A stretch of DNA of 64,000 nt from Candidatus Obscuribacteraceae bacterium (GTDB lineage Bacteria > Cyanobacteriota > Vampirovibrionia > Obscuribacterales > Obscuribacteraceae). Position 1 is the stretch's first letter; each line of letters begins with the position of its first letter. The notes beneath the pieces were generated by a model that did not search any database, had not been told where the DNA came from, and worked only from the letters and a program-made list of their open reading frames with translations. Location: the NCBI GenBank assembly GCA_044226015.1, contig JBGAHS010000001.1, positions 1,056,001-1,120,000 of the forward strand, written 5' to 3'. Shown piece after piece: positions 1-9,045 of this stretch. The translations under genes were made by a program, and so were the position numbers.

Positions 1-1
1 G

Positions 2-274
2 CAGACCGTGAAACGTCTAGCCCAGACAGCAAAAATAAAGAAAGAAATGTCTCCGCATACTCTCCGGCATAGCTTTGCGACTCATTTGCTTGAAAACGGA
101 GCAGATTTGCGGGTGGTTCAAGAATTGCTAGGACATTCCAGTGTTGTGACAACCCAACTCTACACACACATAAGTCGCAAACATCTCAAGAAGGCCTACA
201 TGAGTGCTCAGCTGAAGTTAGACGACCTTGCTTTTGCCCGAGAAGTCGAAAAACAGGCAAGTCTGGGTGATTGA
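2..274 (+). CDS. Tyrosine recombinase XerC/XerD family, C-terminal part (5' end outside window)
   Basis: [27 protein letters not shown]...TTQLY contains the HxxR, H and Y catalytic motifs; xerC vs xerD not distinguishable. Confidence 0.93.
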   Translation, partial: QTVKRLAQTAKIKKEMSPHTLRHSFATHLLENGADLRVVQELLGHSSVVTTQLYTHISRKHLKKAYMSAQLKLDDLAFAREVEKQASLGD

Positions 275-322
275 GATGAGTAGTCAATTAGCTGATTTGT
301 TTCTTCTAATTGATAATTAATC

Positions 323-351
323 TTGAAAGAATACATGGTCTTGACTGTAAT
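323..351 (+). promoter_or_regulatory. Putative sigma70-type promoter for the 496..1620 gene
   Basis: TTGAAA (323-328), 17-nt spacer, TGTAAT (346-351). Confidence 0.4.
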
Positions 352-495
352 AGGGTACCTTTAGTGCAGGTTGCTTTGTCTTAGAGCGACCTGGGTCATC
401 AGGAAACGCGTTCTTCGAAAGCCGGGTTTGAGCAGCAGCTCCCCTGCAACGAATCCCTAGACCCGAAGTCACGGTCAACCACAGCGAGTACTTTA

Positions 496-1620
496 ATGCG
501 TAAAAAAACAGGTGAGGGCACCAAAATCGCCCAGGCAGCCAAAGAACTTGGCGTCACTTCAGTTACGATTCGGCGATACATTACTGAGTTCAACATTGAA
601 ACAACCTCCGACGAGAACGGCATCAAAGTTCTTCCGGCTCAAGCGATGGACGAGTTGGGAGAAATTAGAAAGCTAAAGGAAGAGGGTCTGACGAATCCGA
701 AAGTTCTAGAAATTTTGGAAGAGTCGAGAAACAAAGTCTCGGAAAAACCAAAGTCCAAAAAGGACAAGGAAGAGAAAGAAAAGGAAAAAGAGAAGGAAAA
801 GGAGAAAGAAGCTCCTGTTGCCAGGCGCGTTGCTAGAAAAGTGCAGGAAGCTCCTCCTGCTGCATCTCGTCGCAAAGCGAAAGAAGTCGTTGTAGAGCAG
901 GAAGAAGAGGAAGAAGAAGAAGACTCTGAAGATGAGTCTGAAGAAGTTTCAGAATCCAAATCGGCAGCATCTGATGAAGATGATGAGTCCGGCGATGATA
1001 AAGAGCCATCAGAAGCTCCTGTCCAGATCATCAGCGCAGATGGCAAATCGAAATACTCACTAACTTGTCAGACTTGCAATAAAACTTTCGAGCACATGAA
1101 TCCACGTTTGCGTGATTGTCTTGATTGTTATCGCATCAAGCGAAAAGAAAGACGCCGCGGTGGCGACAAGCACAAGAATGTTATTCAAAATCCGCTTGCG
1201 CAGCAGGTCGTTAGCAAAAATCAACAGCTCGCACAGCAACAGCAGCAAGGTGAGATGGAGCCAGCGGCACCAGCAGCAGCTCCTGCAGCTCTAGTTGCTC
1301 CTCGCGAACGTGTGGAACCAAGAAAAGTTTCCGTACGTGAACAGTTGAATTTTGCTCCAGTAGGAACAACTCCTACTGTATACCAGCAGCGCTCGCAAGT
1401 CCGCAGCTACAGAAAGGCGATTGAAGAGACAAGACAAATTACTTCGAATTTGAAACGTCGACTTGAGCGCCCTGACCTACCAGAAGCTGAACGTCGTTTT
1501 CTTGAGCAGATTTACGCTTACCAGCTAATCTTGCATCAGGGGTGGAAGCATTTGTCAGAGTACAAACAAGGTGATGGCGGCGGCGGTGGAAGCCGCGGCG
1601 AAAACCGCGCCGAAAACTAA
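496..1620 (+). CDS. Hypothetical protein: MerR-like HTH, charged low-complexity linker, zinc ribbon, helical C-terminus
   Basis: IAQAAKELGVTSVTIRRY HTH; KE repeats and poly-E/D; CQTC...CLDC; 374-aa ORF. Confidence 0.75.
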   Translation: MRKKTGEGTKIAQAAKELGVTSVTIRRYITEFNIETTSDENGIKVLPAQAMDELGEIRKLKEEGLTNPKVLEILEESRNKVSEKPKSKKDKEEKEKEKEKEKEKEAPVARRVARKVQEAPPAASRRKAKEVVVEQEEEEEEEDSEDESEEVSESKSAASDEDDESGDDKEPSEAPVQIISADGKSKYSLTCQTCNKTFEHMNPRLRDCLDCYRIKRKERRRGGDKHKNVIQNPLAQQVVSKNQQLAQQQQQGEMEPAAPAAAPAALVAPRERVEPRKVSVREQLNFAPVGTTPTVYQQRSQVRSYRKAIEETRQITSNLKRRLERPDLPEAERRFLEQIYAYQLILHQGWKHLSEYKQGDGGGGGSRGENRAEN

Positions 1621-1722
1621 CACTCATTAGCTGGGCAAATAAAATTCCGCAATTTACTGCTCAGTTCACGTCCGATTCACGGACAGACATCAATAATAGG
1701 CATAGTCAACTTCATTGAGGCT

Positions 1723-1926
1723 ATGCCTATTTTGTCATCAAATACTTCTCGCACTGAGTATCTGGATGAACGGGTTCTTGAGCTACTTCTCAAAGGCAAG
1801 AGTTGTCGCGAGCTTTCGGACGAGCTTGCCGTGTCTAGTTCAGAAATTCTCGATTCGATAAGAAGATTGATGAAAGCCTCTCCTGAAACTCAACGGAGTA
1901 AGACTTTTGATCAAGAAGTGAATTAG
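1723..1926 (+). CDS. Small HTH-like protein
   Basis: 67 aa; VLELLLKGKSCRELSDELAVS resembles a LuxR/sigma-r4-like HTH; GAGG just upstream of the ATG. Confidence 0.55.
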   Translation: MPILSSNTSRTEYLDERVLELLLKGKSCRELSDELAVSSSEILDSIRRLMKASPETQRSKTFDQEVN

Positions 1927-2020
1927 TTTCGCTCCAGGTTTAATTGAGTCGTGGACTCACTTTGTTGAATGTAATATCAAAAATTGATGCCTATTACGCA
2001 ATAGCTGATCCGCCGCTAAT

Positions 2021-3058
2021 TTAAAACGGTTCTGGCATGTCTTTGAGTGGCTGCGTATTAGCTGCAGGGTTGACTGGTGTCGCGAACGGGTCGGTTTCTC
2101 CTCCAACCAAACCAGGTACTGGCTGTGGCGGAGTTGGTGGACGATATTGTCCGACCGTGTCCGAACCTGTTAGTCCGGGCACTGCCCCTGGTGCTATCGG
2201 TGGAAGTGTATTGCTCATTCCTCGTGCATCAGGTGTTAATCCGTTGAGTCCAGGTGCTTCCGGTGCTGCGCCTACCGGTTTCACATATTCTTCAGGAATA
2301 ATCATTGTTTTGTTCAGCCGCACAGGGACTAATTCGTCTTCGTCCATGTAAAAGTCTTTGCCGCGGTATTTTTTTGCATACATGAAGCCCACACCGTTTG
2401 TGAATGAGCCCATCATTCCAGCAATGTGGTGACCGGTGTCTCTCACATCAAAACCGGCATTACGTTTCTTAGGTTTATCAAATTCGTGATTTGGATTTAC
2501 CGCAATGAACCCCGCAAAAGGCAGATGCCGTCCATCTGGCAGCACGAGCGATTGAAGACTGACCTGCAGCGAACCTGGTTGTCCCGCTACTTTTTGCGAC
2601 TTCGCAGGCACCACATGTGTAATCGCACCTACGATTTTGCTTCCGCGTGGTATCACTTGCAAATTGTTTTCTACGTAACCTTCATCCAGTGATAACGCAA
2701 AAATATCGCCTATCTTATTGCTTCCAGAAGAAATTTCATCCTCGAGCCTTCCAGTCAGTACAACACCTGGTTGAATTCTGTTAGCGAAGCCTGACATCTG
2801 ACCGCTTTGCCAGAAGTTTGGAGGTAGTTTACCCGGCATAACTTTTGACTGATTGAATGCTGGCGGTACTCCGGTGTGCAGAGTTCCTGGCAACTGTCCG
2901 ACCTGGTAATTCGTCGGCGGTTGCTGAGCAGGCAGCGTTGGATGTTGCATGTCCCACGGCGATCGAGCGTCAGCCGATTGCAGACCATTAATGGACCCTG
3001 TCAAGCTGAAAGCAAGAGCTGAGATCAAACTTAAAAGTCGTGAAGTGCGCGAGAACAT
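2021..3058 (-). CDS. Secreted hypothetical protein with a TrbI/VirB10-like beta domain and Pro-rich ends
   Basis: N-terminal signal-like stretch; GVVLTGRLEDEISS...IPRGSKIVG...LVLPDG pattern. Confidence 0.6.
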   Translation of the reverse strand: MFSRTSRLLSLISALAFSLTGSINGLQSADARSPWDMQHPTLPAQQPPTNYQVGQLPGTLHTGVPPAFNQSKVMPGKLPPNFWQSGQMSGFANRIQPGVVLTGRLEDEISSGSNKIGDIFALSLDEGYVENNLQVIPRGSKIVGAITHVVPAKSQKVAGQPGSLQVSLQSLVLPDGRHLPFAGFIAVNPNHEFDKPKKRNAGFDVRDTGHHIAGMMGSFTNGVGFMYAKKYRGKDFYMDEDELVPVRLNKTMIIPEEYVKPVGAAPEAPGLNGLTPDARGMSNTLPPIAPGAVPGLTGSDTVGQYRPPTPPQPVPGLVGGETDPFATPVNPAANTQPLKDMPEPF

Positions 3059-3196
3059 TCTTTTACAGGCTCCGATATATCGATCCGGAGTCTATCCAAG
3101 AATAGAAACGATCGCTATGTGAGGAATACGAAGCATGGTAAGATTCAAGGCTTGTGGTCTGCCTTACTGGCAGATAAACAAGATATATACATCACA

Positions 3197-3240
3197 CCCT
3201 TGCCTGCTCGAAAAGCAGGCCGTTTAGCCCAGAAGGGAGC
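3197..3240 (+). promoter_or_regulatory. Candidate S6:S18 ribosomal-protein leader
   Basis: CCCTT (3197-3201) pairs with AAGGG (3233-3237), covering the SD; inner hairpin GCCTGC/GCAGGC; unpaired CCC (3228-3230); directly before rpsF. Confidence 0.6.
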
Positions 3241-3245
3241 TTAAA

Positions 3246-3566
3246 ATGTCAGAAGATTTGAGAAAATATGAAACCGTGTTCATCGTTCGCCCAACATTGG
3301 ACGATGAATCCGTCGACCGCTGTGTAAACACAGTCGAAGAATTCATTAAAGGACAAGGCGGCAAAATCATTTCCACAGATAAGAAGGGTCGCAAGAGACT
3401 CTCTTATGAAGTGAAGAAATTGCGTGATGGTTTCTTCGTAACACTGCGCTACGAAGCTAAGCCAGAGACAATCACTGCTTTCAGAAGAATGATTCAGTTG
3501 AACGAAGATATTATCCGTTCAATCACCGTAACCCTTGAAGAAGCAGCACTACAGCTCAATATCTAA
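3246..3566 (+). CDS. rpsF: 30S ribosomal protein S6
   Basis: RKYETVFIVRP...GRKRLSYEVKK...EDIIRS; rpsF-ssb-rpsR order. Confidence 0.97.
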   Translation: MSEDLRKYETVFIVRPTLDDESVDRCVNTVEEFIKGQGGKIISTDKKGRKRLSYEVKKLRDGFFVTLRYEAKPETITAFRRMIQLNEDIIRSITVTLEEAALQLNI

Positions 3567-3601
3567 TCGTTCGAATTGCTACACACTAAGGGAGAAACTC
3601 T

Positions 3602-4060
3602 ATGAGCAGCCTCAGTAAAATCGTCATTTCAGGACGTGTGATTCGTCCGCCAGAAAAGCGTTTTACGCCAAACAACAATATAGCTGTCACTGAGTTTGCC
3701 ATTGCTGTAGATAGCAAGCCACGCCAGGATGGAACTGTTGAATCTCACCCGGTCAAAGTCATTGCCTGGAGAGACCTCGCAGAGCGCCTCGCAAATGAAC
3801 TCAAGAAAGGCGATCTCGTAGCTGTTGATGGACGTATTCAGTTCAATAACTACACAAACTCTGAAGGTCAACGCCGCAGAGACGTAGAAGTTGATGCTAT
3901 CGACGTTGAAAACCTCAGTCAGGTTGCGGCTGGTGGCGGAAGCGCTCCTGCTGTTGTTCCTTCGAGATCACCAGTGAAAGCCGCGTCTAAAACTAAAGGC
4001 GAAGCTGCGCCTGATGACCTCGACGCGATTTTCGCTAGCGAAGACGAAATTCCGTTCTAA
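3602..4060 (+). CDS. ssb: Single-stranded DNA-binding protein
   Basis: OB-fold motifs (KKGDLVAVDGRI), acidic tail EDEIPF, position between rpsF and rpsR. Confidence 0.96.
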   Translation: MSSLSKIVISGRVIRPPEKRFTPNNNIAVTEFAIAVDSKPRQDGTVESHPVKVIAWRDLAERLANELKKGDLVAVDGRIQFNNYTNSEGQRRRDVEVDAIDVENLSQVAAGGGSAPAVVPSRSPVKAASKTKGEAAPDDLDAIFASEDEIPF

Positions 4061-4085
4061 ACCTAACTTGCGAACTATTTAGATT

Positions 4086-4123
4086 AACCAGGCAAGCGCG
4101 GTCTCCGCGCTTGTGCGGTTTTT
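4086..4123 (+). terminator. Terminator-like hairpin between ssb and rpsR
   Basis: GCAAGCGCGG-TCT-CCGCGCTTGT followed by GCGGTTTTT. Confidence 0.45.
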
Positions 4124-4140
4124 GCTGATCGGGAGGAAAC

Positions 4141-4362
4141 ATGAACGTGGTCAAAGAAGCCCGTCCAGTGGTCGCGAAAACTTGCCGTTTATGCGCAAAC
4201 AAGACGGTCGTCGATTACAAGGACTCTGAGCTGCTCAAGAAATTCCTGAATGAACAGGGCAAAATTCTGTCCAGGACGGTCACAGGCTGTTGTGCCGAAC
4301 ACCAGAAGGAAATAACTCTGGCTGTGAAGAGAAGTCGCGAGATCGGACTCATTTCGCGTTGA
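4141..4362 (+). CDS. rpsR: 30S ribosomal protein S18 (zinc-binding C+ type)
   Basis: CRLC...VDYKD...GKILSRTVTGCCAEHQ...AVKRSR. Confidence 0.96.
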   Translation: MNVVKEARPVVAKTCRLCANKTVVDYKDSELLKKFLNEQGKILSRTVTGCCAEHQKEITLAVKRSREIGLISR

Positions 4363-4595
4363 CAACCATAGCCGCTAAGCTTGAGCGTATTGATGCCATG
4401 AGCTCGTCACGATTCTTCAAATTCTCGAGGAATCTAAACCGATTTCAGAGGCATTTAGCAAAGCTCTTGCCAGGTAGTGGACCTTGCTTTAGTCCCTGTT
4501 GTAAGATTACTAAATTGCCATGGAAGTTTTGAACTGAGTCTAGTGCTTAGTCGTAACTTCGAAGGTTTGACTACTGTCAACCTTGATTAAGCCCC

Positions 4596-4678
4596 GCCGA
4601 AGTGGTGAAATGGCAAACACGCTACGTTCAGGGCGTAGTGAGCATTAGCTCTTGTGGGTTCAAGTCCCACCTTCGGCA
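4596..4678 (+). tRNA. tRNA-Leu(CAG)
   Basis: Acceptor GCCGAAG/CTTCGGC + A; anticodon arm CTACG-TTCAGGG-CGTAG; long variable arm; T arm GTGGG-TTCAAGT-CCCAC; CCA not encoded. Confidence 0.95.
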
Positions 4679-4712
4679 AATTTTTAGCGATATGGAGTGA
4701 GAACGAAAAGGC

Positions 4713-5303
4713 TTGACACATTCAGGACCACCAGGACAAGGCGGACCCGGCGCACCCGGGCAAAGACCAGATGGCAGAAGAGAAATGCCACTGCTCAACG
4801 AGAGAATTCGTGATCGCGAAGTGCGATTGATCGATGAGGAAGGCACTCAGATGGGTATTATGCTCACTCGTGAGGCACTGTCAGTAGCTCGTGAACGAGG
4901 CTTGGACCTATTCTTGGTGCAACCGGATGCAAGTCCTCCCGTCGCTCGTATCATGGATTACGGTCGCTACAAATTCGAACAAGAAAAGCGCAACCGTGAA
5001 GCCAAAAAGAAGCATCACAATGTTGATGTCAAAGAAATCAAAATGCGCTACAAAATCGAAGATCACGATTATCAAGTGAAGCTTCGGGCAGCTCAGAAAT
5101 TCCTACAAGACGGCGATAAGATCAAGGTTTTGATCATGCTTCGCGGTCGTGAAGTTCAGCACAAAGGGCTTGCAATCGAACTGATGAACAGATTCTTGAA
5201 AGAGCTTGATGATCTTGCGATTGTTGATCGCGAAGCTAAGCTTGAGGGCAAGAGTGTCATTATGATTCTTTCCCCTAATCCGCAGAGAGCCCGTCAGAGC
5301 TAA
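4713..5303 (+). CDS. infC: Translation initiation factor IF-3 (start codon uncertain)
   Basis: NERIRDREVRLID...PPVARIMDYGRYKFE...KEIKMRYKIEDHDYQVK...LRGRE. Confidence 0.96.
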   Translation: MTHSGPPGQGGPGAPGQRPDGRREMPLLNERIRDREVRLIDEEGTQMGIMLTREALSVARERGLDLFLVQPDASPPVARIMDYGRYKFEQEKRNREAKKKHHNVDVKEIKMRYKIEDHDYQVKLRAAQKFLQDGDKIKVLIMLRGREVQHKGLAIELMNRFLKELDDLAIVDREAKLEGKSVIMILSPNPQRARQS

Positions 5304-5528
5304 TAGAGTCGAATCCTGTCAGTGTCTCTCTGCAAATTGTTTGTAGTGCTCACAGGGCTGTAAAGTCCCGCTTTGTTCATGTCAAGCAATAAATGCACTT
5401 AGGCGCAAATATGATTCCAGTGCAGATTTTGTGCAGCACGTTAAGGGCTAGATTTTCAGAATTCCCCTAGAGTTGGCACATCCCTTGGCAGTCTGCGATA
5501 CAATTCCAGCAATGTCGAGTGCTTAACT

Positions 5529-6203
5529 ATGTCGCGAATTCTAATAGTTGAGGATGAAGAAGGTCTTTCCGGAGCCATTCGTGAATGGTTGGAAGACGAC
5601 TACTATGTCGTTTCCGTTGCTACAGACGGCAGCAGTGCACTCAGCCGACTCTTAAACGAGAAATTCGAGCTTGTACTCTTGGACCTGATGCTTCCTTGCC
5701 TGAGTGGAATTGATGTTTGCAAGAAATATCGGGAAGCCGGAGGGCTTGCCCAGATACTTATGCTCACCGCGAAAAGCACCCTTGCCGCGAAGGAAGCAGG
5801 TCTTGATAGCGGCGCTGATGACTATCTGACCAAACCATTTGATATGCGCGAATTGTCTGCTCGGGTACGTGCTCTTCTTCGTCGTCCGCAGACGCAACCG
5901 CGCATCGTTCTTCAAGCTGGTGACATTAAGCTCGACCGTAACTCCCGCTCTGTGACGAAAGCTGGTCGTCCCCTGAAGCTTTTACCCAAAGAGTTCTTGC
6001 TTCTAGAAGTCTTGCTGGAATACTATGCACAGGTTCTCAGCACCGATGAATTAATCGATCATGTGTGGGGCGTGGATGCTGAAATAGCACCAGATACGGT
6101 GCGGTCTCATTTGAAGACACTGAGGAAGAAAATCGATGATCCTTCACGGTCATCCCTTATAAAAACTGTCCATGGTATGGGATACAAAATTGAGGCGGAC
6201 TGA
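5529..6203 (+). CDS. OmpR/PhoB-family response regulator
   Basis: REC domain (VEDE, LLDLMLP, LTA, KPF) plus winged helix (KTVHGMGY). Confidence 0.95.
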   Translation: MSRILIVEDEEGLSGAIREWLEDDYYVVSVATDGSSALSRLLNEKFELVLLDLMLPCLSGIDVCKKYREAGGLAQILMLTAKSTLAAKEAGLDSGADDYLTKPFDMRELSARVRALLRRPQTQPRIVLQAGDIKLDRNSRSVTKAGRPLKLLPKEFLLLEVLLEYYAQVLSTDELIDHVWGVDAEIAPDTVRSHLKTLRKKIDDPSRSSLIKTVHGMGYKIEAD

Positions 6204-7453
6204 TGTTTCGTAGTTTTCGCTGGCAAATCGCTCTCTGGTTTGTCGGACTTTCTTCGGTTGTCTATCTAGCATTAACAATAGTTGGAGCCTTTTGTTTTTA
6301 CAGCAGTTTGTCCCGCTCAATGGATGAGGAACTCAGAGTGGTGGCATCACAAATAGGCCATGCGATTGATGTGAGCGGAAATCAACCAACTTTTCGTGAT
6401 TGGCTTCGTGTTGTTGAAACTGAACCTGCACGCTCTATGATGAGTATGCAGCTCTTTGATTCAAACGGTCGTATCTTAGAGCATTACGGACCGCCTGGTA
6501 TTCCGCGCTTACTTGAAGGATTAAGTGAGTATTCTGAAAATGAACAGACCGTCAGAATTCTGCAAAGCAAGCTAACTCACAAAGGACGCCTTGTGGGCTA
6601 TTTGCAGCTACAGCTTCCTACTGGAAAACGAAACGACCTTACGAAAGAGTTTTTCGAAACAATGGCGTTGATGGCACCTTTAGTACTGGTGGGTTTTGGT
6701 ATCTGCAGTTATATTGTTTCGGGAATTGCCTCGAAACCAATCGAGCGACTGGTTCTTACTCTACAGCGCTTTGTCGCTGACGCCGGTCATGAGCTAAATA
6801 CGCCCGCTAGCATAATCCAAGCCAGGTCTCAATCTCTGGAGCGAAAGCTCTCCAAAAGGGAGATAATTGTTGACGATTTGCCGATAATTACGGCTGCAAG
6901 TCAACGCATGGGGCAGATTGTTAGGAACCTCATGTTGTTGGCCGAGCTTGATTGCGGAAATCAGAACCCTGTAATTAGACAAGTGCAGTTGAACGAAATC
7001 GTAAGCCGTATAGTGCAAGTATTTCAGCCTCGCGCTCAGGAAAAATACATTGAACTTCAGGTGTTCTTAGAGGTGACTGTTGTCCTTGCCGAGCTTGATG
7101 CTCTGGAATGTATTTTGACTAACTTGTTGGAAAATGCCCTTAAATATACTGAGTCGGGCGGAGTCATAACGCTTCGCTGCGCTGAAGTAGGAGGCGAAGT
7201 CTGTATTTCGATCCAAGACACTGGCATTGGGATTTCCGAAGAAAGTTTGCCTTTAATTTTTGATCGCTTTTATAGGGTTGATAAGTCGCGCAGTCGCGCA
7301 TCGGGTGGAAGCGGGCTAGGACTGGCAATTGTGAAAACTGTAGCCGAGAGGCTATATGGAAGAGTTGAGGTTGAAAGTCAACCAGGAATAGGTTCCTGCT
7401 TCTTTGTCTACCTGCCGCAGCCAAAAGGCGTTACACAAAAATTGCACACATAG
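6203..7453 (+). CDS. Membrane sensor histidine kinase
   Basis: Two TM segments, ADAGHELNTP H-box, NLLENALKY, DTGIG, GGSGLGL; TGATG coupling to the regulator. Confidence 0.95.
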   Translation: MFRSFRWQIALWFVGLSSVVYLALTIVGAFCFYSSLSRSMDEELRVVASQIGHAIDVSGNQPTFRDWLRVVETEPARSMMSMQLFDSNGRILEHYGPPGIPRLLEGLSEYSENEQTVRILQSKLTHKGRLVGYLQLQLPTGKRNDLTKEFFETMALMAPLVLVGFGICSYIVSGIASKPIERLVLTLQRFVADAGHELNTPASIIQARSQSLERKLSKREIIVDDLPIITAASQRMGQIVRNLMLLAELDCGNQNPVIRQVQLNEIVSRIVQVFQPRAQEKYIELQVFLEVTVVLAELDALECILTNLLENALKYTESGGVITLRCAEVGGEVCISIQDTGIGISEESLPLIFDRFYRVDKSRSRASGGSGLGLAIVKTVAERLYGRVEVESQPGIGSCFFVYLPQPKGVTQKLHT

Positions 7454-7518
7454 ATTTAATCTCTATTCTACACTGATCGGCACTATTTACTACTCTGCCA
7501 TGTGGAATAGGAGCGGCT

Positions 7519-9045
7519 TTGAAAACCATTGAAGTGCTTGTATCATTGCGGTTTTCTGGTGCTTTCTTTCCACGAGTGAGACGAAAATTCAAGCTGCGAA
7601 AGCTTTTCACTTTTCTGTCCATTGTGATGGTCCATTTTATTTCCTTTGCTGCTTCAGCACAGGAAAAACCGATAGAACTGCGTCCATTGGTTCCTTTCAA
7701 ACGTGCTCCGATTACTTTAGTTGGTGCAGTTGCCTTAGCTGAAAGAAATTACCCCAGGCTTCTCCAAGCGCAAGCCGAAGTTAGAGCTGCACAGCGACAA
7801 GTCACCGTTCAGAAAATTAAAGAATACAATCCGGACTCTATGCTCTCTTATCAAGACGTTGCCGGCTCGCACAATCGCCTTACACAAACACTTTTTTCCA
7901 GTCCTGTAATGCCGGCCACCCCTGGACCAGGACCCGAACAGGTGGAAATGCGCGGGCGTGCCTATAGTGGCGCTGGATTTATTGTTGACTGGGCTCCGCT
8001 CGATTTTGGCTTGCACAAAGCCCGAATAAATTTAGCCAGGGCAGAGTATGGGCTCACAAAGGCACGGTATGACTCTACCCTGCTTGATGTAAGCGTAGAG
8101 GCAGCAACTCGATATCTGGATGCGCTCGTTATGCAAGAGCAGGTCAAAGTTGCCCAGGCGAACGTTGATCGATTCGCCGACTTTAGCAAGGTTGTTCATG
8201 CTCAGGTAGATGCCGGTCTTAAAGCAGGTGCGGACGCATCTTTAGCTGATTCTCAGCTTGCAAACGCACAAAACGATTTGATTCGAGCCGAGTTGAACGA
8301 TGAACTATCTAAGGCCGCTTTGGCTTATATCGTAGGACTTGGCGGTGAGTTTTTGGAGATTGATTCTACTGGCATAGTTTTGGTAACAGAGCCTGCAGAT
8401 ACCCAAAAAACTCCACCGGTTTTCCAGCATCATCCGCTGGCGCTGGAAGGAAGAGCCGCTATCTATACGCATCTTGCTTCCAAGCGCATTCTCGACAAGG
8501 AGTACTATCCAGTTTTTCGTTGGCTTGGAGGAATCAATCTGCGAGGCACCACTTTCGGTAACAATCGAGGAGATGTCCCGAGCCCTGCTGTTAGCGGCAT
8601 TTTTCCGGTCGTGCCCAACTGGAATGTTGGACTAATGATTGACCTCCCGTTTTTCGACATCATTCGTATTCGCGCTGAGAAAAAAGTTGTTGATGAACGC
8701 ATATTGGCGGCAGAGCATGCATATGACCTTATCATTCAAGGCTTGAAAACAGAGGACGCTCAAGCTGTGGCAAGATTGCGTGCTTCGATCAAGCTCGCTG
8801 CGAATATGCCTGTTCAGGTGAAAGCTGCTCAGATGGCAGCACAACAAGCGCAGGCGCGCTACGAAGCTGGTTTGGCGACTGTTGCGCAGGTTGCAGAGTC
8901 CAATCAAATACTTGCCGATTCTCGTGTAAAGCTGGCAGTCTCTAATGTCGGTGTCTGGAAAGCTTTATTGGCGGTGGCATCAGTTCATGGAAATCTACGA
9001 AACTTCCTGCTTGAGGCTCAACGAGTAAACGGGGGGGCGCACTAA
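7519..9045 (+). CDS. TolC-family outer membrane efflux protein (start uncertain)
   Basis: Helical OEP repeats (AQARYEAGLA), WNVGLMIDLPFFD; first gene before the RND permease. Confidence 0.88.
   Translation: MKTIEVLVSLRFSGAFFPRVRRKFKLRKLFTFLSIVMVHFISFAASAQEKPIELRPLVPFKRAPITLVGAVALAERNYPRLLQAQAEVRAAQRQVTVQKIKEYNPDSMLSYQDVAGSHNRLTQTLFSSPVMPATPGPGPEQVEMRGRAYSGAGFIVDWAPLDFGLHKARINLARAEYGLTKARYDSTLLDVSVEAATRYLDALVMQEQVKVAQANVDRFADFSKVVHAQVDAGLKAGADASLADSQLANAQNDLIRAELNDELSKAALAYIVGLGGEFLEIDSTGIVLVTEPADTQKTPPVFQHHPLALEGRAAIYTHLASKRILDKEYYPVFRWLGGINLRGTTFGNNRGDVPSPAVSGIFPVVPNWNVGLMIDLPFFDIIRIRAEKKVVDERILAAEHAYDLIIQGLKTEDAQAVARLRASIKLAANMPVQVKAAQMAAQQAQARYEAGLATVAQVAESNQILADSRVKLAVSNVGVWKALLAVASVHGNLRNFLLEAQRVNGGAH

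Noticed and set aside
639..1046. Ser/Phe-rich minus-strand ORF
   Set aside because: Antisense shadow of the low-complexity KE/E region of the 496..1620 gene
2021..3058. Type IV secretion/conjugation locus
   Set aside because: Only a lone VirB10-like domain is present, with no other T4SS genes in the window
2..4678. Integrative element defined by the recombinase and tRNA-Leu
   Set aside because: The recombinase looks like housekeeping Xer, ribosomal genes lie between the two, and I saw no duplicated tRNA 3' end
5474..5490. Sigma54 promoter TGGCAC...TTGGC
   Set aside because: The GG-to-GC spacing is one base off the strict -24/-12 geometry
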